From positions 896,001-960,000 of the forward strand of contig CAWEZH010000003.1 of the NCBI GenBank assembly GCA_963813535.1: a stretch of 64,000 bases of DNA, given 5' to 3'. The notes beneath the pieces are model-generated. The model saw only the letters and a list, made by a program, of their open reading frames with translations, had not been told where the DNA came from and did not search any database. Every line of letters starts with the position of its first letter. Position 1 is the stretch's first letter. The translations under genes and the position numbers were made by a program. Below, piece by piece: positions 1 to 10,510 of this stretch. The stretch is from an uncultured Chloroflexia bacterium. Its GTDB lineage: Bacteria > Chloroflexota > Limnocylindria > Limnocylindrales > CSP1-4.

Positions 1-2
1 CG

Positions 3-3000
3 ACCCGCGTCCACGAGCGCTACGGGTTCCCGTTCTTCGCGCTGGGGGCGATCCTCTTCGCGGTGTCGTGGCGGTGGCGGATCGCCTACGTGATCCTGAC
101 CGTCGCGACGTTCGCCAACATGTACGTCGTCCTCACGACGATCTATCCGCCCGCCGACCCGTCGACCAGCCCGATCCGCGACTGGCTTGCGGTGGGTCCA
201 TTGATCCGCTCCCAGATCGGCGTGACCGTCGTGGCGGTGATGCATACGGCAGCGGCGGCATGGGCGTGGACGCAGCTACGACCGGCGGCTCGGGAACGGC
301 TCGAGGAGGAGCTCTACGCGGCTGCCCGCATGGAGCCGCGCGGGGAAGGGACGGACGTGGATCCCGTCCGCGAGGTCGCGCCACGAGCCGGCCTGCTGTC
401 GCTCGCCACCGCGGGCGGGCTCGGGAGCTCGGGAGCATCGTCCGTGGCGGCGTCGCCGACGACCCTGCCGACGTGGTCCGAGCCGGCGCGCTTCGAGGAC
501 GTCGGCGTGACCGGCTGGATCGCCGACCGCTTGCGGGCCACACCGTTCCGTGCGGATCGCAGCCGAACGCTCAGCACGGAGGGCGGCGGCCGCTTCGACC
601 GCCTCGATGCCTGGATCATGGTCGTGCTCATCCTCGCGACCCTGGGGATCCGCACGTTCCGGCTCGCCGAGCCGTACCAGATGCACTTCGACGAGGTCTA
701 TCACGCGCGGACCGCGACCGAGTTCCTGCAGGGCTGGCGATACGACGAGTCACACGACATCTACGAATGGACCCATCCGCACCTCGCCAAGTACGCGATG
801 GCTGGCGGTATCGCGCTGTGGGGCGGCGACCACGTCAGGGCGACTGCCGAGCTTGGCGTCCCGGTCCGCGCGGTCGAGATCGAGCCACGCCGCGACGATG
901 GGGCGGGGCGCGCCGGCGAAAGATTGCACCTCGCGACGGGCACCGAGATCCGAACCGAGGACCTGCGCACGCGTCAGACGGTCGGGACCGTGCCGGCCCC
1001 GGGTGTCGGCGCCCTGGCGCTCGACCCGACGCAGGAACGACTCGTCCTGGGCTCCGACGACGGCGTCATCTCGACCCTGGACCTGACCACCGTCGCGGCC
1101 GACGGCAGCGCGGTGCTCGACGAGCTGGTCACCCTTCCGCACCCCGTCGACCATCTCCTCGTCGCCGACGATGGGACGATCGTCGCGGCGTCCGAGCTGG
1201 ACGTGACGACCCTCGACGGCACGACGGGCGATGTCCTTGGCACCGCCGAGTTCGAGGGCGTGGCCGACCTCGCCCCCGGAGGTTCCGGCCCGGTCCTCCA
1301 GGGCGACCCGGCGGCGATGGAGGATCCGCGGGCGGTCGCCGAAGCCGTCGCGGGGCTGATCGGCGGTGACGCCCTCGACTACGAGTCGCGCATCGAGCTG
1401 GCGTCGCCCGGTGCCAGGGTCCTCTTCGGCAGCCCTGGCAGCGGCGAGACGCGGACCGCCGTCGACGAGGCGATCACCGACGGGCGCCTGCCCGGCGTCG
1501 AGGTCGTCGAGCTGCCGCGCATCGCGGTCGCGACCAGCACCGGGGTCGCGTTCATCGACGGCGCGTCGGGCGACACGACCACCACCCTGCCGATCGATAG
1601 GGGCGCGCATGGCCTCGGGCTCGTCACCGGCGTCGGGGACAGCCAGCTGTACGTCTCGAGCGGGTCGGCCGACGATCCGACCTACCACGTGCTCCAGGTC
1701 GCCGGCAAGGACGCGGAGAACGGGCCGGTCGACCGAGGCAGCCACCCACTGCCCGGGCTGGGGTCGAAGGTCGCGTATGACGCCGCGACCCAGCAGGTCC
1801 ACATCCTCGGGCTGGAACCACCCGCTCGGGCGGCCGCCAGCAGCCAGGACTGGACCGTCTACGTCGTCGAGCCGCACGCGAACGCCGTGTATGCCGACGC
1901 GGCCCTGCCAGAGGGTTTCACGCCCGTCGATTGGGCGATGGACGTCGAGCCCGACTACCAGGCCGACGACCGTCAGGACCTCCTCGTGTTCGACGGCGAG
2001 GGGGCGGTCGCCGCCATCGATGTCGGGTCGCACGCCTTCGCATGGCGCCTGCCGGGGGTCATCGCCGGCGTCCTCATGGCCGTCTGCCTGTATGCGCTGG
2101 CGCGCATCCTCTTCGCGCGTCGCAGCGTCGCCGTCGCCGTCGCCGGGCTCGCCGTGGTCGAGGGGATGTTCTTCGTCCAATCGCGGATCGGCATGAACGA
2201 TGCGTACGTGGGCCTGTTCATCGTGGCCGCCTACACGCTCTTCGCCGCGATCTGGACCGGCTGGTGGCGGAGTCGCCTCGCGTTCTGGGTCGCGATGCCT
2301 GTGATCGGTGTCCTGCTCGGGCTCGCGCTCGCGTCGAAATGGGTCGCCGCCTACGCGATCGGGGCGCTGGTGCTGTTGCTGCTGGTCCGCAGCGCGCTCG
2401 GTCGCGTCGTGGCCATCCTCGGGTTGATCGCGATCACCGGGGCGCTCGGGTATCTCGCGATGGCCGGTGACGGGTTCGGCAACCTGCCGTTCCTCGTGAT
2501 CATGATCGGCCTGACCCTCCTCGCCGTCGTCGTCGCGATCTTCCATCCGATCCGCTGGACGGACGAGGAGATGTGGCTGGCGTTGATCGCGCCGGCTGCC
2601 ATCGGGGCGGCCCTGTTCTTCGGCGCACTCGGTCTCGGACGCCTCGACATGACGATCGCGCTCGGGCCGGTGTCGGTCACGCCGTTGCTCGCCGCGATCG
2701 CGGCGTCCCTGGGCTCGGTGGTCGTCTACGTCGCGTTCCGCGCCGGTGGGGCCATGGGCTACGGACCGCTGGCCCCGCCACCCGCCCGGGGCGATCCCGC
2801 ACGATCGCTCGACCCACCCGGCGATGCCCCGACAGGCTGGCTGCGCCCCGGCTGGGCGTACGGCATCCCCATCGTGTGGACGGCGGTCTCGCTGGTCGCC
2901 ATCCCGCTCGGCGTGTATCTCGTGAGCTACCTGCCGTGGGCCGCGATCGGCAACCATCGCCTGTGGGACGGCTACCCGGCCGGGCACACCGGGCAGACGC

Positions 3001-4229
3001 TCGTCGAGCTCACGCGACAGATGTACGACTACCACAACGGCCTGACGTCACCGCACCCGGCGTCGTCGCCGTGGTGGGCCTTCCCGTTCGACCTCAAACC
3101 CGTGTGGTTCTTCCAGGAGGGGTTCGCCGGCGGGACGAGCGGCGCGATCTACGACTCCGGCAACCTGGTGATCTGGTGGCTCGGTGTCGCCGCGCTCGTG
3201 TTCGTCTCGATCATGGCCTACCGACGGCGGTCACCCGCCCTGACGCTCATCGCCATCGGCTTCGCCGGCCAGTGGGTGCCCTGGGCCCGCATCGACCGCG
3301 CGGCTTTCCAGTACCACTACTACACGGCGCTGCCGTTCGTGATCCTGGCGCTGGCCTATCTCATCGCCGAGCTGTGGCACGGGCCGTCGCGCCGGACATG
3401 GATGTGGGTCCGGATCAGCGCCGCTGTGGCGGTGATCGGTCCGGCCGCGATGTGGCTCCTGTCGCGACCGCTGTGCGCGCTGGTGGGCGTGACGATCGCC
3501 AACCCGGGTTCGCAGGCCTGCCCCGCCGTGATCCCCGACTTCGTGCTGACCATTCGGACGGTGGCCATGCTCGCGGTGCTCCTCGTCGGGGGCATCGCGC
3601 TCTGGCTGTGGCTGAACAGGATGCGCTCGGGATCCGGCGATGACGACGCACGGTCGTCGACCCTGCCGCTGGTAGCGACGGCCGTCGGGCTGGCCGTGGG
3701 TATCGGTGTCGCCTCCTTGCTCCCTGATACGGCGATCCTCACGTGGCGCGGGATCCCGGTCGAGCCGGTCGCACTGCTCGTCCTGCTCCCGCTGCTGTAT
3801 CTGGCGGGTCAGGTGCTGGCGGCGCGCGATGCCCGCCGCTTCGTCGTCGGCATCGGCGCGGCGGTCGCCGTCTGGTTCGTGGTCTGGTATCCGAACCTCT
3901 CCGCGCTCCCGCTGCCGTCGACCGTCGTGAACGCGTACCAGGGCTTCCTGCCGACATACCTGTACGCGTTCCAGTTCCCGGTGAACACGGCCACCCGACC
4001 CGCGGCTCCGCTGCTCAGCCCGATCCCGATCGCGCTGACGTTGGCGCTGGCCGTGACGTGCCTCGTGGTGGCTTACTCCGCGTCGGTCTGGCGGCTGGCG
4101 CTGGCGGGATCGCGGACCGATGCCGGCTCCGGCGGACCCGGAGCGTCGTCGGGACCGGCGGGAGGCGAAACGGGCGCCAAGGCGGACGGCGGGGTCGATG
4201 GTCTGGCCCGGACCGGCGGCGGCGCCTGA
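3..4229 (+). CDS. Large multi-domain GT-C glycosyltransferase: C-terminal part of a HERY-motif GT-C module fused to a protein O-mannosyltransferase (PMT/GT39) with an inserted beta-propeller-like domain; 5' end lies outside the window
   Basis: The frame is open from position 3 (TRVHERYGFPFF). PMT motifs FDEVYH, HPHLAK, WRLPG, LASKW, YHNGL..HPASSPWW and FQYHY are present, with many TM helices. About 400 aa of soluble beta-rich sequence lie between HPHLAK and WRLPG. Confidence 0.85.
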   Translation, partial: TRVHERYGFPFFALGAILFAVSWRWRIAYVILTVATFANMYVVLTTIYPPADPSTSPIRDWLAVGPLIRSQIGVTVVAVMHTAAAAWAWTQLRPAARERLEEELYAAARMEPRGEGTDVDPVREVAPRAGLLSLATAGGLGSSGASSVAASPTTLPTWSEPARFEDVGVTGWIADRLRATPFRADRSRTLSTEGGGRFDRLDAWIMVVLILATLGIRTFRLAEPYQMHFDEVYHARTATEFLQGWRYDESHDIYEWTHPHLAKYAMAGGIALWGGDHVRATAELGVPVRAVEIEPRRDDGAGRAGERLHLATGTEIRTEDLRTRQTVGTVPAPGVGALALDPTQERLVLGSDDGVISTLDLTTVAADGSAVLDELVTLPHPVDHLLVADDGTIVAASELDVTTLDGTTGDVLGTAEFEGVADLAPGGSGPVLQGDPAAMEDPRAVAEAVAGLIGGDALDYESRIELASPGARVLFGSPGSGETRTAVDEAITDGRLPGVEVVELPRIAVATSTGVAFIDGASGDTTTTLPIDRGAHGLGLVTGVGDSQLYVSSGSADDPTYHVLQVAGKDAENGPVDRGSHPLPGLGSKVAYDAATQQVHILGLEPPARAAASSQDWTVYVVEPHANAVYADAALPEGFTPVDWAMDVEPDYQADDRQDLLVFDGEGAVAAIDVGSHAFAWRLPGVIAGVLMAVCLYALARILFARRSVAVAVAGLAVVEGMFFVQSRIGMNDAYVGLFIVAAYTLFAAIWTGWWRSRLAFWVAMPVIGVLLGLALASKWVAAYAIGALVLLLLVRSALGRVVAILGLIAITGALGYLAMAGDGFGNLPFLVIMIGLTLLAVVVAIFHPIRWTDEEMWLALIAPAAIGAALFFGALGLGRLDMTIALGPVSVTPLLAAIAASLGSVVVYVAFRAGGAMGYGPLAPPPARGDPARSLDPPGDAPTGWLRPGWAYGIPIVWTAVSLVAIPLGVYLVSYLPWAAIGNHRLWDGYPAGHTGQTLVELTRQMYDYHNGLTSPHPASSPWWAFPFDLKPVWFFQEGFAGGTSGAIYDSGNLVIWWLGVAALVFVSIMAYRRRSPALTLIAIGFAGQWVPWARIDRAAFQYHYYTALPFVILALAYLIAELWHGPSRRTWMWVRISAAVAVIGPAAMWLLSRPLCALVGVTIANPGSQACPAVIPDFVLTIRTVAMLAVLLVGGIALWLWLNRMRSGSGDDDARSSTLPLVATAVGLAVGIGVASLLPDTAILTWRGIPVEPVALLVLLPLLYLAGQVLAARDARRFVVGIGAAVAVWFVVWYPNLSALPLPSTVVNAYQGFLPTYLYAFQFPVNTATRPAAPLLSPIPIALTLALAVTCLVVAYSASVWRLALAGSRTDAGSGGPGASSGPAGGETGAKADGGVDGLARTGGGA

Positions 4230-5380
4230 GGGATCGCGGCGCGGAACCCTTCCGGCAGCGAGCCGGACGCCGCAAGCCGGCGGATGACGAAGCCGTAGTA
4301 GTCCTCTACCTTGGCCGTCACGCGTGGCCAGGAGAACTCCTCGGCCCGGGCCCGGCCGGCGGCGCCCATCTGCTCGCGTAGCGCCGGGTCGCTCAGCAGC
4401 GTGTCGAGCGCGATGGCGAGCTCGCGTGGCTGGCGCGGTGGCACCAGCAGTCCCTCACGCCCGCGCCGGACGACGCCCTTGTAGCCGTGGATGTCCGAGG
4501 CCACGATCGGGGTGCCGGCGGCCATCGCCTCGAGCAGGACGATGCCGAAGGACTCGCCGCCCGTCGCGGGTGAGGCGTAGACGTCGGCGGTCCTGTACAG
4601 CTGCGCCTTCTCGTCGTCCGAAACGCGGCCGAGGAACTCCACGCCGTTGAGCCCGCGCGTCGCGACGTAGCGCCTGGCCTCACGCTCCTGCGGGCCGGAC
4701 CCCACGATCAGCAGCCGCGATTCGCTCCCGGTCCGGCGCAGGATCCGATGCGCCTTGAGGAGGTCGAGCAGCCCCTTGCGCGGCTCGTGTCGGCCGACGA
4801 AGAGCACGTTCGGTGTGCCGTCCTGCCAGCGCGCGATGGGGACGGCGCCGGCGAACCTGCCGACGTCGACCCCGTTGGGGATGACCTTGTAGTCGCCCGG
4901 GAAGAACCGGTCGATGAAATGGCGCGCCGCGGCACTGACCGCGATCCGGCCGTGGAGCCGTTGCGCATGGCCACGCAGCGCACGGCTGCCGAACTCATAG
5001 GAGGGCGAGAAGCCGGCATACGCATGGAACGTGGCGACGTTGACGCTGGTCGATTCACGCAGCAGGAACAGCGACAGGAACGGCACGAACGGCTCGTGGA
5101 GATGGAGCACGTCGAACCGCTCGCGCTCGAGCATCGCGCCGATCTGACCGAGGTAGCGGGGCGAGAACGTGAGCGTGCCGACGGAGGCGTTGATCGGCAC
5201 CGAGAACCCGACCCCGAGCCGGATGATGTCGCCCTCCGACGAGCGCTGCGGTCCATGGCTCGCCGTCAGGATGCGGACGTCGTGGCCGCGTTGTCGCAGG
5301 TTCTGGTAGAGGTACTGGACGTGCTGGGCGACGCCGCCGCTGGCCGGGTAGATGTACGGGCAGACGAGGCCGATCTTCAC
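4073..5380 (-). CDS. pimA: GT4 family glycosyltransferase, phosphatidyl-myo-inositol alpha-mannosyltransferase PimA-like
   Basis: N-terminus VKIGLVCPY..GGV; HLHEP, EPRKG and GGESFGIVLLEAMAAG motifs; the GTG start overlaps the upstream stop (GTGA); lies in an ino1/pgsA/patA context. Confidence 0.8.
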   Translation of the reverse strand: MKIGLVCPYIYPASGGVAQHVQYLYQNLRQRGHDVRILTASHGPQRSSEGDIIRLGVGFSVPINASVGTLTFSPRYLGQIGAMLERERFDVLHLHEPFVPFLSLFLLRESTSVNVATFHAYAGFSPSYEFGSRALRGHAQRLHGRIAVSAAARHFIDRFFPGDYKVIPNGVDVGRFAGAVPIARWQDGTPNVLFVGRHEPRKGLLDLLKAHRILRRTGSESRLLIVGSGPQEREARRYVATRGLNGVEFLGRVSDDEKAQLYRTADVYASPATGGESFGIVLLEAMAAGTPIVASDIHGYKGVVRRGREGLLVPPRQPRELAIALDTLLSDPALREQMGAAGRARAEEFSWPRVTAKVEDYYGFVIRRLAASGSLPEGFRAAIPQAPPPVRARPSTPPSALAPVSPPAGPDDAPGPPEPASVRDPASASRQTDAE

Positions 5381-6180
5381 GACGCTGCCGGCGGTTCGTA
5401 GCGTGGTGGGCGCGCCCGGCCGCCCGGATAGCCATGATCCCGCCCCGTTCCCGAGCGGCGGACGCGCCCGGCCACCTCGTCCCGCGCGTCGACGGCACGC
5501 TTGCGGAGCTGTCGGCCGAAGACCCCGACCTGGCCCGCGGCGCCATGGAACGAGCCGCCATGGTCGGTCTGATGGGCGAGGATCGCGGCCCGGAGCTCGT
5601 CGGCGGTCGAGCCCGGGAAGGATGTCCATCCGGCCCCGACCGCCTCGAGCGCGTGCGCGTCACTGTTGCCGATGCGGGCGAGTCCGTGGTCGTCGGCGAA
5701 ACGCACGACACGATCGTGCCATGGCCGTCCCAGCGCCGTCGGGTTGAACGTCTCCAGCGCATCGGGCCGGACGGCCACATCGGGGTCGTCAAGGAGCCGT
5801 CGCAGGACGAAGCCCTGGGCACACAGCGGGTAGGGCACGAGCGGGTGCGCGGGGATCGCCAGGCCACCTGCCTCGTGGACGTCGGCGATCGTCCGCCCGA
5901 GCGTCCGGTACGGCGCGATCCGCCGCTCGATGAACAGCGCGAGGAGGTGCCCGCCAAGGGTCGTCACCTCCTCGCCGACGACGACCTCGACCGGCAGCCC
6001 CCGGTCCCGCGCCATCGCCCGACCCGCGACAGCGGCGTCGATGCGCTCGTGGTCGGTGATGGCGATGACGTCGAGCTCGCCACGGGCGGCGACGTGCTCG
6101 ATGATCGACATGACGTCGGCGATGCCGTCCGACGCGACGGTGTGGATGTGCAGGTCGGCGCGCCCGGCTCGCTCGCTCAC
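5377..6180 (-). CDS. PHP domain metal-dependent phosphoesterase
   Basis: DLHIHT..SDG, AITDH, GEE, PAHP and NSDAH motifs; GTGA coupling to the upstream acyltransferase. Confidence 0.85.
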   Translation of the reverse strand: MSERAGRADLHIHTVASDGIADVMSIIEHVAARGELDVIAITDHERIDAAVAGRAMARDRGLPVEVVVGEEVTTLGGHLLALFIERRIAPYRTLGRTIADVHEAGGLAIPAHPLVPYPLCAQGFVLRRLLDDPDVAVRPDALETFNPTALGRPWHDRVVRFADDHGLARIGNSDAHALEAVGAGWTSFPGSTADELRAAILAHQTDHGGSFHGAAGQVGVFGRQLRKRAVDARDEVAGRVRRSGTGRDHGYPGGRARPPRYEPPAAS

Positions 6181-7142
6181 GGGGCCGCCGTCGTCGGACC
6201 GTGCTCGTGGGTGTCGCCCGCGAGATCGGGCCAGATCGGGAAGAAGACCGCCCACCATTGTTCGGGCGCATCCTCGATGACCCGCTCGAATGCGCGGGCG
6301 ATCGACGCCGTCGCGGCGGTCGCACGCTCCCGGCGCGAACCGTCGGCCGGTACATCGATCCGCTCAAGCCGTCCGATGTAGCGCCCCGGTGTGGTGCGCC
6401 GGACGGCCGTGACGTAGGCGGGTGCCCCGGTCTCGATCGCGAGCAGGGCCGGGCCCAGCGGCAGCCGGGCCGGCGCCCCGAACAGCTCGGTGAGCGTGCC
6501 ACCGCCCGTCAGGTCCCGGTCCCCGACCAGGCCGACGTACGTCCCCGCACGCAGCGCCGCCGTCAGCTCGCGACGCGCCTCGCGGAGTCCGACGATGCGC
6601 ACCCCGGCCGCCCCGCGGGTGCGCACGAACCACTCCTGCAGCTCCGGGTCGTCGAGCGTCTCCATCGGCCCGACCGCCTGACCGACGCGCGACGCCATGA
6701 ACAGCGCAGGCAGTTCGATCGCGCCGAAGTGGAGCCCGATGAACATCGCCGGACGGCCGGGCGTGAACGCCTCCTCGACCGTCTCCGGCGTCTCGACGGC
6801 CATCAGCTCGAGGATCTCGGAACCGGTGATGGCCGGCGTCCGCGCGACCTCGAGGTAATAGCGGGCCGCGTGGCGGTACGCGAGACGGACGAGGCGCTCG
6901 AGAGCGCGGGGATCGCGCGCGGCTGCTCGGGCAAGCGGGGTGCCGCGGTCGTTGGCGGCCAGCCAGGCCACGACCCGAGCCAGGTTCCGGCGCGCCTGTG
7001 CCGCGCGCTTGGGGGTCACCCGGTACCACACGTCGCCGGCGAACTCGGCGAGCGCGATCAGCGGCCGTTCTGGCAGGTGGCAGGCCAGCCACGACGCACC
7101 TCGGAGCGCGCGACCGCGAAGCCGGCGGCCGAGCTTGCGCAT
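6177..7142 (-). CDS. Lysophospholipid/PIM acyltransferase (PatA / lipid A lauroyltransferase family), copy 2
   Basis: HFGAIE (HxxxxE/D), GLVGDRDL, LFG..ARLP.GPA.LA and PEQWW motifs. Confidence 0.8.
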   Translation of the reverse strand: MRKLGRRLRGRALRGASWLACHLPERPLIALAEFAGDVWYRVTPKRAAQARRNLARVVAWLAANDRGTPLARAAARDPRALERLVRLAYRHAARYYLEVARTPAITGSEILELMAVETPETVEEAFTPGRPAMFIGLHFGAIELPALFMASRVGQAVGPMETLDDPELQEWFVRTRGAAGVRIVGLREARRELTAALRAGTYVGLVGDRDLTGGGTLTELFGAPARLPLGPALLAIETGAPAYVTAVRRTTPGRYIGRLERIDVPADGSRRERATAATASIARAFERVIEDAPEQWWAVFFPIWPDLAGDTHEHGPTTAAP

Positions 7143-7144
7143 GG

Positions 7145-8200
7145 TCAGGCGAACTCCGGTGCCGGACCCGGGTCGGCGACGCCCGCCTGCATCAGGCCGG
7201 CGCGCCGCTCGAGGTCGGCCGCCTCCTCTGGCGACGAGGGCCAGATCGGCTTGAAGCTGTACCACTGGTCCGGTGCCGCGGCGATCGTCGCTGCCAGGGC
7301 GTCGGCCATGGCCTGTGTCGCCCGCTGGAGCTCTGCGGGATCGGACGACGAGACATCGATCGGCTCGGGCCACGAGACGAGGAACGTGTCGTCGGGCTGG
7401 CGTCGGATGGTGATCGGCAGGATGCGCGAGCCGGTCTTGGCAGCGAGCGTCGCCGGGCCCGCCGGCAGGGCCGTCCACTCCCCGAAGAGTCGCACGGGGA
7501 TCCCGTCCGCCCGGTAGCCCCAGTCGACCAGCAGGCCGAGCATCTCGCGCCGGCGCAGCACCCCGAAGATCTCGCGCAGGTTGCGCCAGGCGATGATCTT
7601 CACGCCCCAGTTCTCGCGCTGACGACGGAGGATGTCGAAGATCTCCGGGAACGACGAATCGTCGGCGACCACGCTGATCGGCATCCCGTGGTGGGCGATC
7701 GCCGCGGCCACGGCCTCGTTGTTGCCCACGTGGCCCACGGCGAAGATCAGCCCGCCGCCGGGCGCCCCACGCCAGATCCGGCGGACGCCCTCGGCATCGA
7801 GATGGGGTACGAGCCGGACGACCTGATCGGTCGGCAGGGTCGGCAGCCGCATGAGCTCGACGAGATAGCGGCCGTAGCCCATGTAGGCACGCATCGCCTC
7901 GTCGCGCACCCGTGGGTGATCGGGCGGCAGGCCGAGCACGTGGCCGAAGTTCCGGTTCGACCAGCGCCGCTTCGTAGGCCAGGCGAGGTACGAGACCTGG
8001 GACAGCCGGCCGATGACGGTCGCGGCCGGGCCGGGCGGGAGCGAGGCGATCAGCCACGCTGTCGCCCGGTAGCCGAGGACCGCCAGCCGCTCGACCACGC
8101 GCGGGCTTGCCCCGCCGCGTCGGTGGGGCGCCTCGAGTCGCCGGTCGATGCCGGCCGGCTTGGCCGCCGGCTGGGGCGGTGGGCCGTCGCCCGCGGTCAT
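7145..8200 (-). CDS. Lysophospholipid/PIM acyltransferase (PatA family), copy 1
   Basis: [19 protein letters not shown] and PDQWY motifs; ATGA overlap with the ino1 stop. Confidence 0.8.
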   Translation of the reverse strand: MTAGDGPPPQPAAKPAGIDRRLEAPHRRGGASPRVVERLAVLGYRATAWLIASLPPGPAATVIGRLSQVSYLAWPTKRRWSNRNFGHVLGLPPDHPRVRDEAMRAYMGYGRYLVELMRLPTLPTDQVVRLVPHLDAEGVRRIWRGAPGGGLIFAVGHVGNNEAVAAAIAHHGMPISVVADDSSFPEIFDILRRQRENWGVKIIAWRNLREIFGVLRRREMLGLLVDWGYRADGIPVRLFGEWTALPAGPATLAAKTGSRILPITIRRQPDDTFLVSWPEPIDVSSSDPAELQRATQAMADALAATIAAAPDQWYSFKPIWPSSPEEAADLERRAGLMQAGVADPGPAPEFA

Positions 8201-9444
8201 CGACCCGCTGTTGACGCGACCTTCGCCGAGCGACCGGCCAGGCGACGAAGCGTGCGTGCCTGCGGCTTCTCCGTGCCGACAAGCGTCTCGGAGTCGTCGC
8301 CGCGGATGAAGGCCTCGACCCGCTCCCGCCCGACATCGTCCGGGATCTGGTGGGGCGGGCTCTTCATGAAGTACGCCGACGGCGCGACGAGCGTGCCCTT
8401 GAGCCCGCGGTCGAGCCCCAGCTTGAGGCAGCGGATCGCATCCGTGATGACGCCGGCCGAGTTGGGCGAGTCCCACACCTCGAGCTTCAGCTCGGCGTTG
8501 AGCGGCACATCACCGTAGGTCGTGCCCTCCATCCGGATGTAGCACCACTTGCGGTCCTGCAGCCAGGGCACGTGGTCTGATGGCCCGACGTGGATGTCGT
8601 CGGGATCGAGCTCGTAGTCGAGCATGCTCGTGACGGCGTTCGTCTTCGAGATCTTCTTGGACTCGAGCCGCTCGCGCTCGAGCATGTTCAGGAAGTCGGT
8701 GTTGCCGCCGAAGTTGAGCTGGTAGGTCCGGTCGAGGCGGACGCCACGGTCCATGAACAGACGGGTCAGCACGCGGTGGCTGATCGTGGCGCCGACCTGG
8801 CTCTTGATGTCGTCGCCGATGACCGGCAGGCCTTCCGCGGCGAACCGGCGCTGCCAGTACGGCTCGCGACCGATGAATACCGGGATCGCGTTGATGAAGC
8901 CGACGCCTGCTCGCAATGCCTGCTCGGCGTACCACTTCGTGGCTTCCTCGCTGCCGACCGGGAGGTACGACACCATGACGTCGACTTCGCGCTCCTTGAG
9001 GACGCCGACGATGTCGGCCGTCTCGCCGGGGGCCTTCTCGATGATCTGGCTGAGGTACTTGCCGAGACCGTCGTGGACCATCCCGCGCTCGACGGTCACG
9101 CCGAGCTTGCCGACCTGCTGGAACACGATGGTGTTGTTCGGCTTGACGTAGATCGCCTCGCCGAGGTCCTTGCCGACCTTGTTCTTGTCGATATCGAATG
9201 CAGCGACGAAGTCGATGTCGCTGATGCGGTAGCCGCCCAGGTTCACGTGCATGAGCCCCGGGACGAAGTCGTCGTCGTCGGCGTTCTCGTAGTAGTAGCG
9301 ACCCTGGACGAGACTGCTCGCGCAATTGCCGACACCGACGATCGCGACGCGGATCCGGCCGTCACCGCGGCGGCCGGCGCCTGCCCACGTGTTGGTGGGC
9401 GTCGCGCCACCCGTCCCGTTGCCGTTGGTTCCGTTCTTGGCCAC
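8197..9444 (-). CDS. ino1: Myo-inositol-1-phosphate synthase
   Basis: [47 protein letters not shown] and WDSPNSAG motifs; GGAG RBS before the GTG. Confidence 0.95.
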   Translation of the reverse strand: MAKNGTNGNGTGGATPTNTWAGAGRRGDGRIRVAIVGVGNCASSLVQGRYYYENADDDDFVPGLMHVNLGGYRISDIDFVAAFDIDKNKVGKDLGEAIYVKPNNTIVFQQVGKLGVTVERGMVHDGLGKYLSQIIEKAPGETADIVGVLKEREVDVMVSYLPVGSEEATKWYAEQALRAGVGFINAIPVFIGREPYWQRRFAAEGLPVIGDDIKSQVGATISHRVLTRLFMDRGVRLDRTYQLNFGGNTDFLNMLERERLESKKISKTNAVTSMLDYELDPDDIHVGPSDHVPWLQDRKWCYIRMEGTTYGDVPLNAELKLEVWDSPNSAGVITDAIRCLKLGLDRGLKGTLVAPSAYFMKSPPHQIPDDVGRERVEAFIRGDDSETLVGTEKPQARTLRRLAGRSAKVASTAGR

Positions 9445-9455
9445 TGTTTTCTCCG

Positions 9456-10094
9456 CTACGTGATCTGGGGGTCGACTGGTGGGTGCTTGGCTTGGGCGCG
9501 GACATGGAGGATCCGCTGGATGACCGTGAGGGTCCCGCCGACGGCGATGATGCCAAGAGCGAGCTCGAGGGCCTTGATTCCCGGGGCGTCGGTCAGGATC
9601 AGCCCGATCGACAGGATCACCAGCCGGATCTCGCGCGGCATGAGGCCGACCGCCGCCATGCCCGTCCCCGGCGTGAAGCCGAGGCCCTCGGACTTGGCGC
9701 GCGCATAGCTGACCATGAAGGCGGCCCCCATCGCCGCGGCGGCGAGGATCGGCACCCGCTGGTGGCCGCCGAGCACGGCGCCCGCGACGATGCCGAGATA
9801 GACGATCGCCTCGCCCCAGCGGTCGAAGACGGAGTCCATGAACGCCCCGAGCTTGCTGACCTTGCCGGTGGCCCGGGCGAGCGTGCCGTCGAACATGTCG
9901 AAGGCACCCCCGATGAACACCACGATCCCGCCGATCGTCCAATACTGGAGGCCGACGAGGATCGCCCCGGCCGCGGTGATCGCGAATCCGATGAGCGTGA
10001 GCGCGTCCGGCGTCAGGCCGGCTCGTCCCATGGCCAGGGCGATGGGCTCGAAGATCGCCTTGATGCGGGACCTGGACTCATTGGAGATGCTCAA
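9456..10094 (-). CDS. pgsA: CDP-alcohol phosphatidyltransferase (phosphatidylinositol-phosphate synthase)
   Basis: [20 protein letters not shown] signature and VSYARAKSE; adjacent to ino1. Confidence 0.88.
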   Translation of the reverse strand: MSISNESRSRIKAIFEPIALAMGRAGLTPDALTLIGFAITAAGAILVGLQYWTIGGIVVFIGGAFDMFDGTLARATGKVSKLGAFMDSVFDRWGEAIVYLGIVAGAVLGGHQRVPILAAAAMGAAFMVSYARAKSEGLGFTPGTGMAAVGLMPREIRLVILSIGLILTDAPGIKALELALGIIAVGGTLTVIQRILHVRAQAKHPPVDPQIT

Positions 10095-10423
10095 CTCGCG
10101 ATCCCCAGGATCTCGCGCTCGCGCGCGGCGACCTCGCCGAAGGCCTCTGGGCGAAGCGTGCAGATCGTCTCGCGGCCGACGCGCCGGGATACGACAAGCC
10201 CGGCCGTCCGGAGTCGCTTGAGGTGATGGCTGACGAGGGGCTGTGACAGGCCGACATGGGCGATGAGCTCGGCGACGCTTGCTTCACCCTCGGCGAGACG
10301 ACGAACGATGCGCAGTCGGTTCACGTCGGCCAGCGCCTTGTGGAACGCGCGCAGCTCCCGCAGGTCCTCGGGCTGGAGGACGATCGAGGCGAGGGTCGAA
10401 CGGAACCGGGCGGGGGTCGGCAC
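10091..10423 (-). CDS. ArsR/SmtB family transcriptional regulator
   Basis: KALAD.NRLRI..L and SQPLVSHHLKRLR..GLV winged HTH. Confidence 0.9.
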   Translation of the reverse strand: MPTPARFRSTLASIVLQPEDLRELRAFHKALADVNRLRIVRRLAEGEASVAELIAHVGLSQPLVSHHLKRLRTAGLVVSRRVGRETICTLRPEAFGEVAAREREILGIAS

Positions 10424-10474
10424 GGGCGGGGGATGTCTCCGACGATGGACGCGACGGTCGCGACGCAGGAGGTC

Positions 10475-10510
10475 GCATCAACGACCGTTGATATCAACGG
10501 ATGTTGATGC
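10475..10510. promoter_or_regulatory. Tandem ArsR-type operator, 2 x ATCAA-N6-TTGAT, forming a 36-bp near-palindrome
   Basis: GCATCAACGACCGTTGATATCAACGGATGTTGATGC overlaps the -10 and the start region of the arsR operon promoter. Confidence 0.8.
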
